Source: Gammaproteobacteria bacterium
GTDB taxonomy: Bacteria; Pseudomonadota; Gammaproteobacteria; Eutrophobiales; Eutrophobiaceae
Assembly (NCBI GenBank): GCA_965222155.1
Contig: CBDCTH010000012.1
Location: 608,001-672,000 of the forward strand
Direction of reading: 5' to 3'
DNA: 64,000 bases
Position 1 is the stretch's first letter, and the number at the start of each line of letters is the position of its first letter. A program made the translations under genes and the position numbers. This document shows positions 8,535 through 18,650 of this stretch, in pieces. The notes under the pieces are model-generated. The model saw only the letters and a program-made list of their open reading frames with translations, was not told the DNA's origin and did no database searches.

Positions 8535-10631
8535 ATGGGCTATCAAATCGGCATTGACGTGGGCGGCACCTTCACCGACCTGCTGGTCTGCGATGAGGGC
8601 GGGCGGACCCGCATTTGCAAGTCGCCTACTACGCCGGCGGACCCCAGCCTGGGTGTGTTTACCGCCCTCGAACAGGCCGCGCGGGACACCGGTTTCGAAC
8701 TCCGTGATTTTCTTGCCGATGTGGACGCCATTGTCCACGGCACCACGATCACCACCAATGCGGTGCTTACCCATACCGGCGCCAACACCGGTTTCATCAC
8801 CACCCGGGGGTTCCGCGACCTGCTGGCCCTGCGCCGGGGCATGAAGACGGGAGAACGTTACGACCTGGAACTGGCGCCGCCGCCTACCCTGGTCGAACGG
8901 GCGTTGACCCTGACGGTGACCGAACGGGTCGACGCCAAGGGCAGAATCCTCACTCCCCTGGTGGAAGATGATGTGCGCGCGGCAGCGGAAGTACTGCGTA
9001 GCGCCGGGGTCGAAGCCGTCGCGGTCTCCTATCTCTGGTCGTTTCTCAACCCGGAGCATGAATTGCGCACCCGGGAAATCCTGCAGGAAATATTGCCCGG
9101 GGTGTACATCTCATTGTCCTGTGAGGTATTGCCGCAGATACGGGTGTACGAACGCAACAGTACCACTGCCCTGAATTCCTGCACGGGACCGCCACTGGCA
9201 CGTTACCTGGATAACCTGGAAGTACGCCTGGGCGAAAACGGTTTCCGTGGCGTGTTGAACATCATGCAGTCCAATGGCGGCTGTATGTCTCCGAAGGTCA
9301 CCAGCCGGTTTGCCGTCAATACCTTGCTGTCCGGCCCCGCCGGTGGTCCCGGTGCCGGAATGCATTACGGGCGCACCCACGGTTATAAAAATATCATCAG
9401 CGTGGATATGGGCGGCACCAGTTTCGACGTTGCCCTGGTGCAGGATGAACGTGCGGCTGTCACGTCGGAAAACGAAGTGGCGGGCTTCCACGTGGCGGTG
9501 CCCATGCTGGACATCCACACTGTCGGCGCCGGGGGTGGATCGATTGCCGGCGTCGATGACGGCGGGATGTTGCACGTCGGGCCGGCCAGCGCCGGCGCCG
9601 ATCCCGGTCCTGCCTGTTACGGCCGCGGCGGAACCGAGCCGACGGTAACGGACGCGGACCTGGTGCTGGGTTACCTGGCTGCCGATTACTTCCACGGCGG
9701 CGCCCTGAAGCTGGACCGTGCCGCAGCCGTTGCAGCCATCGAAAGCAGGATTGCCGGGCCGTTGGGTTTGTCCGTTACGGATGCCGCCTATGGGATCTAC
9801 CGGGTGGCGAATTCGATCATGAGCAATGCCGTCACGGTGGTGACGGTGCAACGCGGTCTGGACCCGCGCGAGTTTGCCATGATCGTCGCCGGTGGCGCCG
9901 GACCGATACACGCGGTGCCCATCGCCAGGGAACTGGGTATCCACACTTTGCTGGTGCCCAGGGAATCCTCCGTATTCTGCGCGGCCGGCATGCTGCTGTC
10001 CGACCTGAAGCATACCTATATACGCACCTGCGCCATGGTCGGTTCCCTGGTGGATTTCAGGATCATCAATGAAGCAATACATAACATGCGGGATATGGCG
10101 CTTGCAACATTCAGGGAAGAGCAGGTCGACGGCGCTGATGTGACCCTGGATTTCTCGGCTGACCTGCGTTACGTCGGCCAGTTCAATGAGGTCGAGGTGC
10201 CCGGTTTCAGCGGCGGCACGGCGGATAGTACGGCGTGGGAGCAACTGGTAGACCAATTCCACCGGCTCCACGACGAGCGCTACGGCTACAGCCTGCCCCA
10301 TGCGGAAGTGGAGCTCATCAACCTGCGCCTGAGCGCCACAGGCGCCACGAAAAAACCGGTGACGCAGAAACACGAACTCGGCGGCCCTGCGGCCGATCAC
10401 GCCCGCAAGGGAGAACGCCCCGCCTGGTTCGACAACAGGATGGTGACCGTACCCGTCTACGACGGTCTTGCCTTGCAGCCGGGTAACCGGCTACCGGGCC
10501 CGGCCATCGTCGAACAACCGACAACAACCATCGTATTACCGGGTGACACCGGACTCAGTTGCGATCAGTGGGGAAATTACCTCCTGGAAAAAGCGGATAT
10601 TTGGGGTCAGAGTAAAAATACAGTGAATTAA
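8535..10631 (+). CDS. Hydantoinase/oxoprolinase family protein, subunit A
   Basis: GIDVGGTFTD, HGTTITTNA, SGPAGG, DMGGTSFD, GAGGGSIA and GPASAGADPGPACYGRGG motifs. Confidence 0.95.
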   Translation: MGYQIGIDVGGTFTDLLVCDEGGRTRICKSPTTPADPSLGVFTALEQAARDTGFELRDFLADVDAIVHGTTITTNAVLTHTGANTGFITTRGFRDLLALRRGMKTGERYDLELAPPPTLVERALTLTVTERVDAKGRILTPLVEDDVRAAAEVLRSAGVEAVAVSYLWSFLNPEHELRTREILQEILPGVYISLSCEVLPQIRVYERNSTTALNSCTGPPLARYLDNLEVRLGENGFRGVLNIMQSNGGCMSPKVTSRFAVNTLLSGPAGGPGAGMHYGRTHGYKNIISVDMGGTSFDVALVQDERAAVTSENEVAGFHVAVPMLDIHTVGAGGGSIAGVDDGGMLHVGPASAGADPGPACYGRGGTEPTVTDADLVLGYLAADYFHGGALKLDRAAAVAAIESRIAGPLGLSVTDAAYGIYRVANSIMSNAVTVVTVQRGLDPREFAMIVAGGAGPIHAVPIARELGIHTLLVPRESSVFCAAGMLLSDLKHTYIRTCAMVGSLVDFRIINEAIHNMRDMALATFREEQVDGADVTLDFSADLRYVGQFNEVEVPGFSGGTADSTAWEQLVDQFHRLHDERYGYSLPHAEVELINLRLSATGATKKPVTQKHELGGPAADHARKGERPAWFDNRMVTVPVYDGLALQPGNRLPGPAIVEQPTTTIVLPGDTGLSCDQWGNYLLEKADIWGQSKNTVN

Positions 10632-10684
10632 GTGTGTGCTGCTGGTTTATGATTGAGTATTTTTACTCTGACCCCCAAATATCC
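10595..10684. repeat. REP-like hairpin element (GGATATTTGGGGTCAGAGTAAAAA...TTTTTACTCTGACCCCAAATATCC), copy 1
   Basis: Inverted arms of about 25 bp. Overlaps the 3' end of the hydantoinase A gene. Five copies in the window. Confidence 0.85.
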
Positions 10685-10731
10685 TATCTACTGGATTCCG
10701 GCTTGCGCCGGAATGACGCTATAATTCAAGC

Positions 10732-12483
10732 ATGAGTCAAATCGACCCTGTTGACGTTGCCATCATCAGCGCGCGGCTGTCTTCCATCTGCAAGGAGATG
10801 GGCGAGACCATGTTGCGCACTTCACGCTCGCCGATATTTTCGGAAGCGCGGGATTTCACCACCGCAATCTTCGATCACAATGCGGAACTGGTGGCGCAAA
10901 CCATTTATATCCCCGACATTGCCGCTTCCACCCCGTTTACCGCCCGCGCCATCGCAGAACGTTTTGCCGGGGATATCCACGAGGGCGACCTGTTTGTCTT
11001 GAACGACCCTTACCGCGGCAACAACCACCCGCCGGACCTGAACGTCATGAAACCGGTATTCCATGACGGGCAGTTGCATTACTGGGTGCTGTCCAAGGGT
11101 CACCATGCCGACATGGGCGGCGGCGGCGTAGTGGGCTACAATCCCCAGGCCCGGGATGCCTGGGAGGACGCCCTGCGCATCCCCTGCCTGCGTCTTGCCG
11201 ATAAAGGCGTGCTGCGCGAAGACGTTCTGGATTTTATCCTGTTGAACGTGCGCGCCAGGGACCTGGTGGAGGGAGACATCCAGTGCCAGATCGGCGCGGT
11301 CAACCTGGGCGAGAGGAGGCTGGCAGCATTGCTTGACCGGTACGGCGCCGCTACCCTGTCCGCCGCCACGGCGGAGATACTGGACGCTACTGAGCGCCGG
11401 GTACGCGCCGACATCGCCGCTATCCCGGACGGTGAATATTATGCGGAGCGGGCGATCGACCACGACGGTGTCGAGCTGGACAAGAGCCCCGTGGTAAGAC
11501 TCACCCTGAAGATCAAAGGTGCTAACGTCACCTTCGATTATACCGGCAGCGACCCGCAAGCCGTCGGTTACATCAACAGTACCCTGCCGAACACCAACGC
11601 AATGAGTCACCTGGCCCTGTTCGCGACCGGCGCCATCAGCAACGACATTGATTTCAACGATGGTGCGGTGCGACCCCTGCACGTCATTGCCCCTGCGGGG
11701 ACGATAGTGAACGCAACGGAGCCCGCGCCGACCTCGTGCTGTACCCTGTGCGTCGGCGAGGCCATGATCGAGGCAACCTGGCTGGCCCTGGCGCAGGTGA
11801 TACCGGACCAGGTCCCGGCGCTGTGGGGGCGCTGGTGCGCGCCGGCCACCATGGGGATTCACCCCGGCACCGGCCGCTTCTTTGCGGATATCCACTTCAT
11901 GAGCAAGGGTGGCGGCGGCGCGGTGCTCGGTTATGACGGCTGGGACCATGTTGGTACGCCGGTTACTCTGGGCGGCCTGCGCGCGCCTGACCCGGAACTG
12001 CATGAACTGGTAACGCCGTATAAATTAATCGAATATGAAATCGAACCGGACAGCGCCGGCCCCGGCCAATGGCGCGGCGGTTTCGGCGTGCGTTATACCT
12101 TTACCATTGAAGGCGACAACATCGCCTGCGCCAATTTCGGCAGCGGCGCCCGGGATTTCACCGCGCCCCTGGGTATCCGGGACGGACAAGGCACAACCCC
12201 GCACCGGATGACACTGGAACACGCCGACGGCAGCCAGGACGAGATAGACGGCAATCGCATGTACACCCTGAAACAGGGAGATACCATGACCATCGTCTCC
12301 AGCGGCGGCGGATTCGGCAACCCCTGGCAGCGTAACCCGGAAGCGGTACTGCGCGACGTGCGCAACGGCCTGGTTTCCATGGCTGCGGCCCGGGAGAAAT
12401 ACGCGGTCGCCATCCGTCACGACGGTACCACCCTGGGCTACAGCATTGCGCAGGATGAAACCGCGCAACTGCGGGCTGCATAG
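10732..12483 (+). CDS. Hydantoinase B/oxoprolinase family protein
   Basis: RTSRSPIFSEARDF, NDPYRGNNHPPD, HHADMGG, DSAGPGQWRGG and GGGFGNP motifs. Confidence 0.95.
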   Translation: MSQIDPVDVAIISARLSSICKEMGETMLRTSRSPIFSEARDFTTAIFDHNAELVAQTIYIPDIAASTPFTARAIAERFAGDIHEGDLFVLNDPYRGNNHPPDLNVMKPVFHDGQLHYWVLSKGHHADMGGGGVVGYNPQARDAWEDALRIPCLRLADKGVLREDVLDFILLNVRARDLVEGDIQCQIGAVNLGERRLAALLDRYGAATLSAATAEILDATERRVRADIAAIPDGEYYAERAIDHDGVELDKSPVVRLTLKIKGANVTFDYTGSDPQAVGYINSTLPNTNAMSHLALFATGAISNDIDFNDGAVRPLHVIAPAGTIVNATEPAPTSCCTLCVGEAMIEATWLALAQVIPDQVPALWGRWCAPATMGIHPGTGRFFADIHFMSKGGGGAVLGYDGWDHVGTPVTLGGLRAPDPELHELVTPYKLIEYEIEPDSAGPGQWRGGFGVRYTFTIEGDNIACANFGSGARDFTAPLGIRDGQGTTPHRMTLEHADGSQDEIDGNRMYTLKQGDTMTIVSSGGGFGNPWQRNPEAVLRDVRNGLVSMAAAREKYAVAIRHDGTTLGYSIAQDETAQLRAA

Positions 12484-12637
12484 GCATCATCTCAGAGGCC
12501 GGGTGTCATGTTGTTACTGCGACCGACCTCGATGGTGCGCTGACCGGCCGGATTGAATTTCCTGTCCCTGATCAAAATTTCGTGTGTAATATAACTGTTG
12601 TAATCACCTGGAAGGAATCTCTATTTATTCGGTCAGA

Positions 12638-12646
12638 TGATATAAT
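12638..12646 (+). promoter_or_regulatory. Putative extended -10 promoter of the transposase
   Basis: TGaTATAAT about 40 nt upstream of the transposase ATG. Confidence 0.4.
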
Positions 12647-12685
12647 AGCGGTGACTTATTTCAACTTTTTCCTCAAGGTGGTTTC

Positions 12686-13726
12686 ATGAAGACACAAGAC
12701 ATATTCGGTTCGTTGTTTGACTTGCAAGACACCCGCTTGAATAAACTGAAGGATCCCCTGGTGCGGTTGGGTGAGGTAGTGGACTGGGAGGCGTTTCGTC
12801 CGCTATTGGTGCGTATTCGACCCACGACCCGCAAGCGCAATGCGGGCGCCCCGCGTCGGGATGAGGTGCTGCTGTTCAAGGGGTTGGTGATACAGCATTT
12901 GTACGGGTTGAGTGATGAGCAGTTGGAATATCAGCTTGAAGATCGGCGCAGTTTTCAGCGGTTTATGGGGTTGGATAACTATCATCGGGCGCCGGCTGCG
13001 AAGACCTTCTGGGCGTTTCGTGAGAAGTTGGTGGAGCTGAAATTGATGGAGGAACTATTTGCACGGTTTGCCGAGCAGTTAGCAGACTTGGGGTATCGGG
13101 CGCGCAAGGGGCAGTTGGTGGACGCGTCCCTGGTGCCGGTGCCGGTGCAGCGCAACACGCGCGAGGAGAATGCGGCGATAAAGGCGGGGGAGACGCCTGC
13201 GGGCTGGGACGATGAGGCAGCCAAATCCAAGCGGCGGCAGAAGGACGTGGAGGCACGTTGGACGAAGCAGCGGGGCAGGAGTCATTACGGGTACAAGAAT
13301 CACGTGAACGTGGACAACAAGCACAAGCTGATACGCACGTATGCGGTGAGCGCGGCGACTGTGCATGATTCCCAACTGCTCGATGAGTTGTTGGATGAGC
13401 ACAACAGCAGCAAGGCGATATGGGCGGACCGCGCCTACCGTTCCAGGGAGCAGGAGGAACGCTTGCAGGCCCAGCGCTACCGCAGCCACATTCAGCGCAA
13501 GGGGCGCCGCAACAAGCCGTTGACGGCGTGGGCGCAGCAGGGCAACCGCACGCGGGCCAAGGTGCGGGTGCGGGTGGAACACGTGTTCGGGGCGCAGTGT
13601 GCGACCCGGGCCAAGCTGATACACTGTATCGGGCTGGCGCGCAGTGAGTTGGCCATAGGGATGCTGAACCTGGTGTATAACATGCGACGATTGTGTTACC
13701 TGGAAGGGGTCAGCGCGCCCGCATGA
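12686..13726 (+). CDS. IS5 family transposase
   Basis: YGLSDEQLE..DRRSFQRF, VDAS, YGYKNH, VHDS, WADRAY and RVRVEHVFG DDE motifs. Confidence 0.95.
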   Translation: MKTQDIFGSLFDLQDTRLNKLKDPLVRLGEVVDWEAFRPLLVRIRPTTRKRNAGAPRRDEVLLFKGLVIQHLYGLSDEQLEYQLEDRRSFQRFMGLDNYHRAPAAKTFWAFREKLVELKLMEELFARFAEQLADLGYRARKGQLVDASLVPVPVQRNTREENAAIKAGETPAGWDDEAAKSKRRQKDVEARWTKQRGRSHYGYKNHVNVDNKHKLIRTYAVSAATVHDSQLLDELLDEHNSSKAIWADRAYRSREQEERLQAQRYRSHIQRKGRRNKPLTAWAQQGNRTRAKVRVRVEHVFGAQCATRAKLIHCIGLARSELAIGMLNLVYNMRRLCYLEGVSAPA

Positions 13727-13914
13727 CGGGGAACAGGCATAAAAGGGTGTTAAACAGACACCTGAAGGGGTCAAACAGCCCGTTTGGTGGGTAGACAGAG
13801 GCCCATCAGCGCATGTATGGCATAGCTTTATATACAAACATAGTCCGCTTGCCTGCTCACGTAGGCAATGTGCCAGAAAACGTCAATAAATAGAAGTTCC
13901 CTGGAGATAAATTA

Positions 13915-15096
13915 ATGAAATGGCCGGCAAAACGGATAACTGAATCCTCAACCAAGTCTTTCGGCATGTATGAAAAGGCGATACCGCTAATGGAACAGGG
14001 TATCGATGTCATCCATCTTGAAGTCGGCATGCCCAGTTTCGATACGCCTGCACATATCAAGGAAGCCGCCAAACAGGCCCTTGATAATGGGCAGGTTCAT
14101 TACAGCGACTTCCGCGGGGTACAGAAGTTCCGGGAGGCTCTGGCAGGGAAGGTAGCGGAGCGAAATCACATTGCCGTTGATGCTGAAGAGATCCTTGTTT
14201 GCAGCGGTCTGACCCATGCGGCCTATGCGATCTGTATGGCGGCGATAGACGCCGGAGATGAAGTCATTGTGCTGGAACCCTTTTACCCGCAACACGTAAA
14301 TAAGATTGAATTGCCCGGTGGCAAGGTGGTACCCGTACCGCTCGATAAGGCAAACGGCTTCCGCATAGATGCCGAAGCCATAGAAAGAGCTATTACGCCC
14401 AACACCAGGATGATAGCCCTGGTCAATCCGGCAAACCCGACCGGCAGGGTGTTCACGTACAGGGAACTCGAAGCCCTGGCGAACGTTGCGAAAAAGCATG
14501 ACCTGCTGGTCATGTCGGACGAGGTATATGAACAGATCACTTACGACGGCAACAGGCACATCAGTATCGCTTCCCTGCCCGGCATGAAGGAGCGCACCTT
14601 CACCATGTTTGCTTTTACCAAGGCCTATGCCATGGACGGGTGGCGTATGGGGTATATCGCGGCAGACAGGAAATTCATGTCGGCCATCCTGAAAATCACC
14701 ATGAACGACATTGCCCATCTCAACACGTTCATACAGGAAGGGGGGTATGCCGCCATCAAAGGCTCACAGAATTGCGTGCGGGAGATGGTAATTGAAGACA
14801 AGCAACGCGGTGATCTCGTTGTCAGGAGAATGAACGCCATGCCCGGTGTCAGTTGTAAAGCGCCGGAAGGGACCATCTACGCTTTCCCCGATGTCTCTGC
14901 CACCGGATTGCCGTCACAGCAGATCGCCGATGAAATCCTCGAACAGGCGCATGTCGTCGTGGAGGCCGGTACGTTTTACGGCGCCAACGGTGAAGGACAC
15001 CTGCGGGTCTGTTTCGGCGCCGAGCCTATTGAGCGCATAGAAGAGGCGATGAACAGGCTGGAAAAATACTTTGTGAAGCTTGATGAAAGCGTGTGA
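13915..15096 (+). CDS. PLP-dependent aminotransferase class I/II
   Basis: NPANPTG, SDEVYE and FTKAYAMDGWRMGY (PLP lysine) motifs. Confidence 0.95.
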   Translation: MKWPAKRITESSTKSFGMYEKAIPLMEQGIDVIHLEVGMPSFDTPAHIKEAAKQALDNGQVHYSDFRGVQKFREALAGKVAERNHIAVDAEEILVCSGLTHAAYAICMAAIDAGDEVIVLEPFYPQHVNKIELPGGKVVPVPLDKANGFRIDAEAIERAITPNTRMIALVNPANPTGRVFTYRELEALANVAKKHDLLVMSDEVYEQITYDGNRHISIASLPGMKERTFTMFAFTKAYAMDGWRMGYIAADRKFMSAILKITMNDIAHLNTFIQEGGYAAIKGSQNCVREMVIEDKQRGDLVVRRMNAMPGVSCKAPEGTIYAFPDVSATGLPSQQIADEILEQAHVVVEAGTFYGANGEGHLRVCFGAEPIERIEEAMNRLEKYFVKLDESV

Positions 15097-15113
15097 TCAG
15101 CCTATTGATTATT

Positions 15114-15172
15114 GGATATTTGGGGTCAGACACCTGCCAAACTGACTGTATTTTTACTCTGACCCCAAATAT
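15114..15172. repeat. REP-like hairpin element, copy 2 (internally deleted)
   Basis: ggatatttggggtcaga...tttttactctgaccccaaatat. Confidence 0.75.
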
Positions 15173-15177
15173 GCGGG

Positions 15178-16803
15178 CTAGATAAACGGCAACACTTCCC
15201 TGAGGTTTGCCAGGGTCAGTTGTTCGCGCTGGTCCTCGTCCAGGTAGGGGATGCCGATGCCGTATTCTTCCCAGCGTGCGCGGATTTTCTGCTCCAGTTC
15301 CGGTTCGAGCTTGCCTACCGGCGGGAAACTCTGCCCGTTCCAGTCTTCGTTTTTGCTCAGTTCCCAGTTGCGGGTGGCATCGACCAGGACCCGGGTCCAC
15401 TTGCCGGTGCGGAAGCGCGGCATGTCCACGACGTCATGGGAAACGGAGGGATCCAGCGGTGAACCGAATGTCGGGCCGACCATCATTACCTGGTCCATCC
15501 CTGCATTCACCCGGAAAGCGATAGCCCATTCCAACGCCAGGGGATCGCGGATATCGATATCTTCTTCCACCACCAGTACGTGTTTGAAAAACCACTGGGC
15601 CGCGCTGGTCCCCCATAGGGCCATGGCCACCTGTTGTGCGTGGCCGCGGTATTGCTTGCGGATTTGTACTACGATGTGTGTGCCGGTCGAGACATGGGGG
15701 CACCAGACATCGGTGACGCCGACCACCCCGGCGACTTCCAGCATATTCCAGAAGATGGCCGACCAGCTATAGGAGCAGAGGATGGAATCCTCCGACGGGA
15801 AGCCGGGCCGGCAGCCCTCCAGGGTGCCGCGCATGATGGGATCGTCCCGGTGGGTAATGCAGGTCACCTCCAGGGTGGGCTTGGGTGACGGCGTGCCGCC
15901 GGCGTAACCGGGATACTCGCCGAACGGGCCTTCCATACGGTAACTCCCGGGGTCCGGGTCCAGGTAACCTTCGACAACAACCTCGGCGCCTGCCGGTACA
16001 ACCAGGTCCACGGTCTCGCATTTGACCAACTCGATGGGTTTACCCAGGATGGCGCCCATCATATCCCATTCGCAGACATGGCGTGGAAACGGACTGCCGG
16101 CACAGAACGGCACTACATCGTGGGCGCCGTAGGTGATGGCGACGGGCATTTTTTCCTCGTTCTGCCGGTAACCGGTGAGGTGTCCGCCACCGCCCTGGGT
16201 TGGCAACATTACCTTGGCAATGTGGTTCCTGTCGACGACCTGCCCGCGATAAAGGCCGATATTCTCCCTGCCGGTGTTACGGTCTTTAGTCACGACTCCG
16301 CAAAAGGTGTCCAGGTATCGCCCCCCGTCCAGTTCCTGCCAGATGGGCGCCGGGAATTGATTCAGATCAATGGTGTTGCCGGTCAGGATGTTCTGCTTGA
16401 CCGGTGAGTGATCGACAATAACCGGTTCCACGGGGTTGGTGTAGGTGCCTTTCAGGTGGCGGACAATATCTTTATCAGTGGTTCCCGGCGGCAGTTCCAG
16501 CAAAGCACACAGTTGCCGTTTATTGCCCATGCCACAGGTAACAAAACGGGTGGAGAGGGTATCCTGGTAATCCCTGATGTTTTCAAACAGCAGGGCGGGT
16601 CCAGACAGACCCAGGTTGACGCGGGTAATGGCGCCCAGTTCCAGGTCGGAATCCACCTGACATTGAATTTGTCTGAGTTGATCCGCTTCATGCAACTGCC
16701 GCAACCAGGATCGCAGGCTGACTTCACCATCCGCCAAAGGGCCCAGGCCTGCGTCAAGATTGTCTGTATCCGGCATCAGCATCGCCGGGCCAGGTGTTGC
16801 CAT
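15178..16803 (-). CDS. UbiD family (prFMN-dependent) decarboxylase
   Basis: PALLFENI, DGGRY, NIGLYR, EGPFGEYPGY and VVEEDIDIRD motifs. Confidence 0.93.
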   Translation of the reverse strand: MATPGPAMLMPDTDNLDAGLGPLADGEVSLRSWLRQLHEADQLRQIQCQVDSDLELGAITRVNLGLSGPALLFENIRDYQDTLSTRFVTCGMGNKRQLCALLELPPGTTDKDIVRHLKGTYTNPVEPVIVDHSPVKQNILTGNTIDLNQFPAPIWQELDGGRYLDTFCGVVTKDRNTGRENIGLYRGQVVDRNHIAKVMLPTQGGGGHLTGYRQNEEKMPVAITYGAHDVVPFCAGSPFPRHVCEWDMMGAILGKPIELVKCETVDLVVPAGAEVVVEGYLDPDPGSYRMEGPFGEYPGYAGGTPSPKPTLEVTCITHRDDPIMRGTLEGCRPGFPSEDSILCSYSWSAIFWNMLEVAGVVGVTDVWCPHVSTGTHIVVQIRKQYRGHAQQVAMALWGTSAAQWFFKHVLVVEEDIDIRDPLALEWAIAFRVNAGMDQVMMVGPTFGSPLDPSVSHDVVDMPRFRTGKWTRVLVDATRNWELSKNEDWNGQSFPPVGKLEPELEQKIRARWEEYGIGIPYLDEDQREQLTLANLREVLPFI

Positions 16804-16985
16804 GGTTTCTCTCCAGGTGTTTTGGTAACCGTCTTGTATCTCGAGAATGTGGACAATAGCGGGACAGATTTTAAATCTGTCCCGTTACTTTCCGGTTACC
16901 CGAAAGAAAGGTTTTGACCCCTGATATGACATGTTTATCATACCAGCATGTTGGCTTATTTGTTACCTGATGCGGGGGAGGCAGT

Positions 16986-18020
16986 ATGAAAGCGTTGATC
17001 TATGAACAACATGGCGGACCGGAGGTGTTGCAGTACCGGGATGTGCCCGACCCCGAACCTGGCCCGCGGGACGTTGTTATCAAGGTCGCGGCAACGACAA
17101 TAAACCACCTGGACGTGGCACAGCGCAACGGCTGGTTCACCATCCCCGGGTTCAGCCTGCCGCATATTTCCGGTATGGACGTTGTCGGTACGGTGATCGA
17201 GTCAGGGCCCGGGGTTACGCGGGTGAAACCGGGCGAACGGGTGCTGGTCAACCCTTCCATGTCCGAAGTCCCCGAGGGCTCGAAGCTGGCGGGTATGGAC
17301 GACCTGTACGGCATTCTCGGCGTCATAGGCGGCAGCGTCGCCGGTGGTTACGCGGAAAAATGCCTGGCGCCGGAGACCCACCTGTACCCTGTTCCCGATC
17401 ACATGTCATGGCGCCGTGCCGTCGTCTTCCCCACCTGCTGGATGACCGCGCATCACGCCCTGTTCGAGATAGGCCGGCTCAGGGCCGGCGAGACGGTGAT
17501 GATCCACGCCGCGGGCAGCGGCGTGTCCGTTGCCGCCATTCAATGGGCCAGGCAGGCGGGAGCCACGGTCCTGGCTACTGCCGGCAGTGGAATAAAATGT
17601 TCAAAAGCGTTTGAACTGGGTGCCGAAGACACCTGTAATAACCGCACATTGGACGTGGCGGCCTGGGCGCGGGATATGACAGGCGGCGCCGGTGTTGACC
17701 TGGTGTTCGACCATGTCGGCGAGGCTTTGTGGGAAGCCTCACTGACGGCGCTCAAGCCACGCGGTCGCCTGGTAACCTGCGGCGGCACTTCGGGAAATTC
17801 GCCGGTTATCCCGAACCTCGGCTACCTGTATAACATGGGCCTGAAGATCCTGGGGTCCGATCCCTTTCGCTATAAGGAATTCGGTCCGGCCTGGGATCAA
17901 TATTGTGCAGGCGACTTCCAGGCGGTCGTGGACAGCGTATTCCCCCTGGCCGAAGGCGGGAAGGCGCAGGAGAAAATGCTCAGCGGCGCATTCATCGGCA
18001 AGATCCTGCTGGAGCCGTGA
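16986..18020 (+). CDS. MDR-family zinc-binding dehydrogenase / quinone oxidoreductase
   Basis: HGGPEVL, INHLD, GGYAE, HAAGSGV and GKILL motifs. Confidence 0.9.
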   Translation: MKALIYEQHGGPEVLQYRDVPDPEPGPRDVVIKVAATTINHLDVAQRNGWFTIPGFSLPHISGMDVVGTVIESGPGVTRVKPGERVLVNPSMSEVPEGSKLAGMDDLYGILGVIGGSVAGGYAEKCLAPETHLYPVPDHMSWRRAVVFPTCWMTAHHALFEIGRLRAGETVMIHAAGSGVSVAAIQWARQAGATVLATAGSGIKCSKAFELGAEDTCNNRTLDVAAWARDMTGGAGVDLVFDHVGEALWEASLTALKPRGRLVTCGGTSGNSPVIPNLGYLYNMGLKILGSDPFRYKEFGPAWDQYCAGDFQAVVDSVFPLAEGGKAQEKMLSGAFIGKILLEP

Positions 18021-18146
18021 GTGCGTTTGAGGTTTTCTGACAGTAAAATATGCAGAACCGTCGGTGCTATGTTAATGGACTGGATTCCGGCTTTCGCCGG
18101 AATGGTATAACTTCGATTTCGTGAGGCGCCTGCGGGGTTTAATCCC

Positions 18147-18635
18147 TTATTCGCTGTTTCCCCAGACCTCGCAGGCCTTCTCGTAGACCCCCTGGTCGTA
18201 TGAGAATTCCACTATATTGCTTTCAGGGTCGCGCAGAAAACAGATGTAGCCGATGCGTTTGGGCATTTGCTGCGGACCGAGGATCAGGCAGTCGGCCTGT
18301 TTCGCCCTGGCGGCTATCTCATCAACGGTTTGTTTATCCGGCACCTCGATACCGATGTGGTTGAACGGTCCCAGCGGCGGGTGCTCTACGGGGGCAAACG
18401 GGTCGTGGCCGGGGAAGAACTGGCCCAGCACCAGGATGAAAGGGCTGTCGCTGCGGGTCTTGTCACCGAGCCAGGCCGAGTATCCGTCCTCGTCCTCTTC
18501 ACGGTCCAGCAGGCTGAGGTGCGTGAACTCCTCATACCACGCAATCACCTTATCAATATCCTTCACGTGCAACGCCAGGTGCGTCCACGTGGGCCGCTCC
18601 GGACGAAGTTCATGTTGTGGTTGTTCGGGGTTCAT
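18147..18635 (-). CDS. VOC (glyoxalase) family protein
   Basis: THLALHVKD, NHIGIEV and RDPESNIVEFS motifs. Confidence 0.88.
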   Translation of the reverse strand: MNPEQPQHELRPERPTWTHLALHVKDIDKVIAWYEEFTHLSLLDREEDEDGYSAWLGDKTRSDSPFILVLGQFFPGHDPFAPVEHPPLGPFNHIGIEVPDKQTVDEIAARAKQADCLILGPQQMPKRIGYICFLRDPESNIVEFSYDQGVYEKACEVWGNSE

Positions 18636-18650
18636 TGACCGGTATCCGGA

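Larger units (their letters stand above)
12613..13901 (+). mobile_element. IS5-family insertion sequence with 4-bp TGGA target duplication
   Basis: Imperfect IRs AGGAATCTCTATTTATT and AATAAATAGAAGTTCCC; TGGA at 12609-12612 and 13902-13905; encloses the transposase. Confidence 0.9.
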
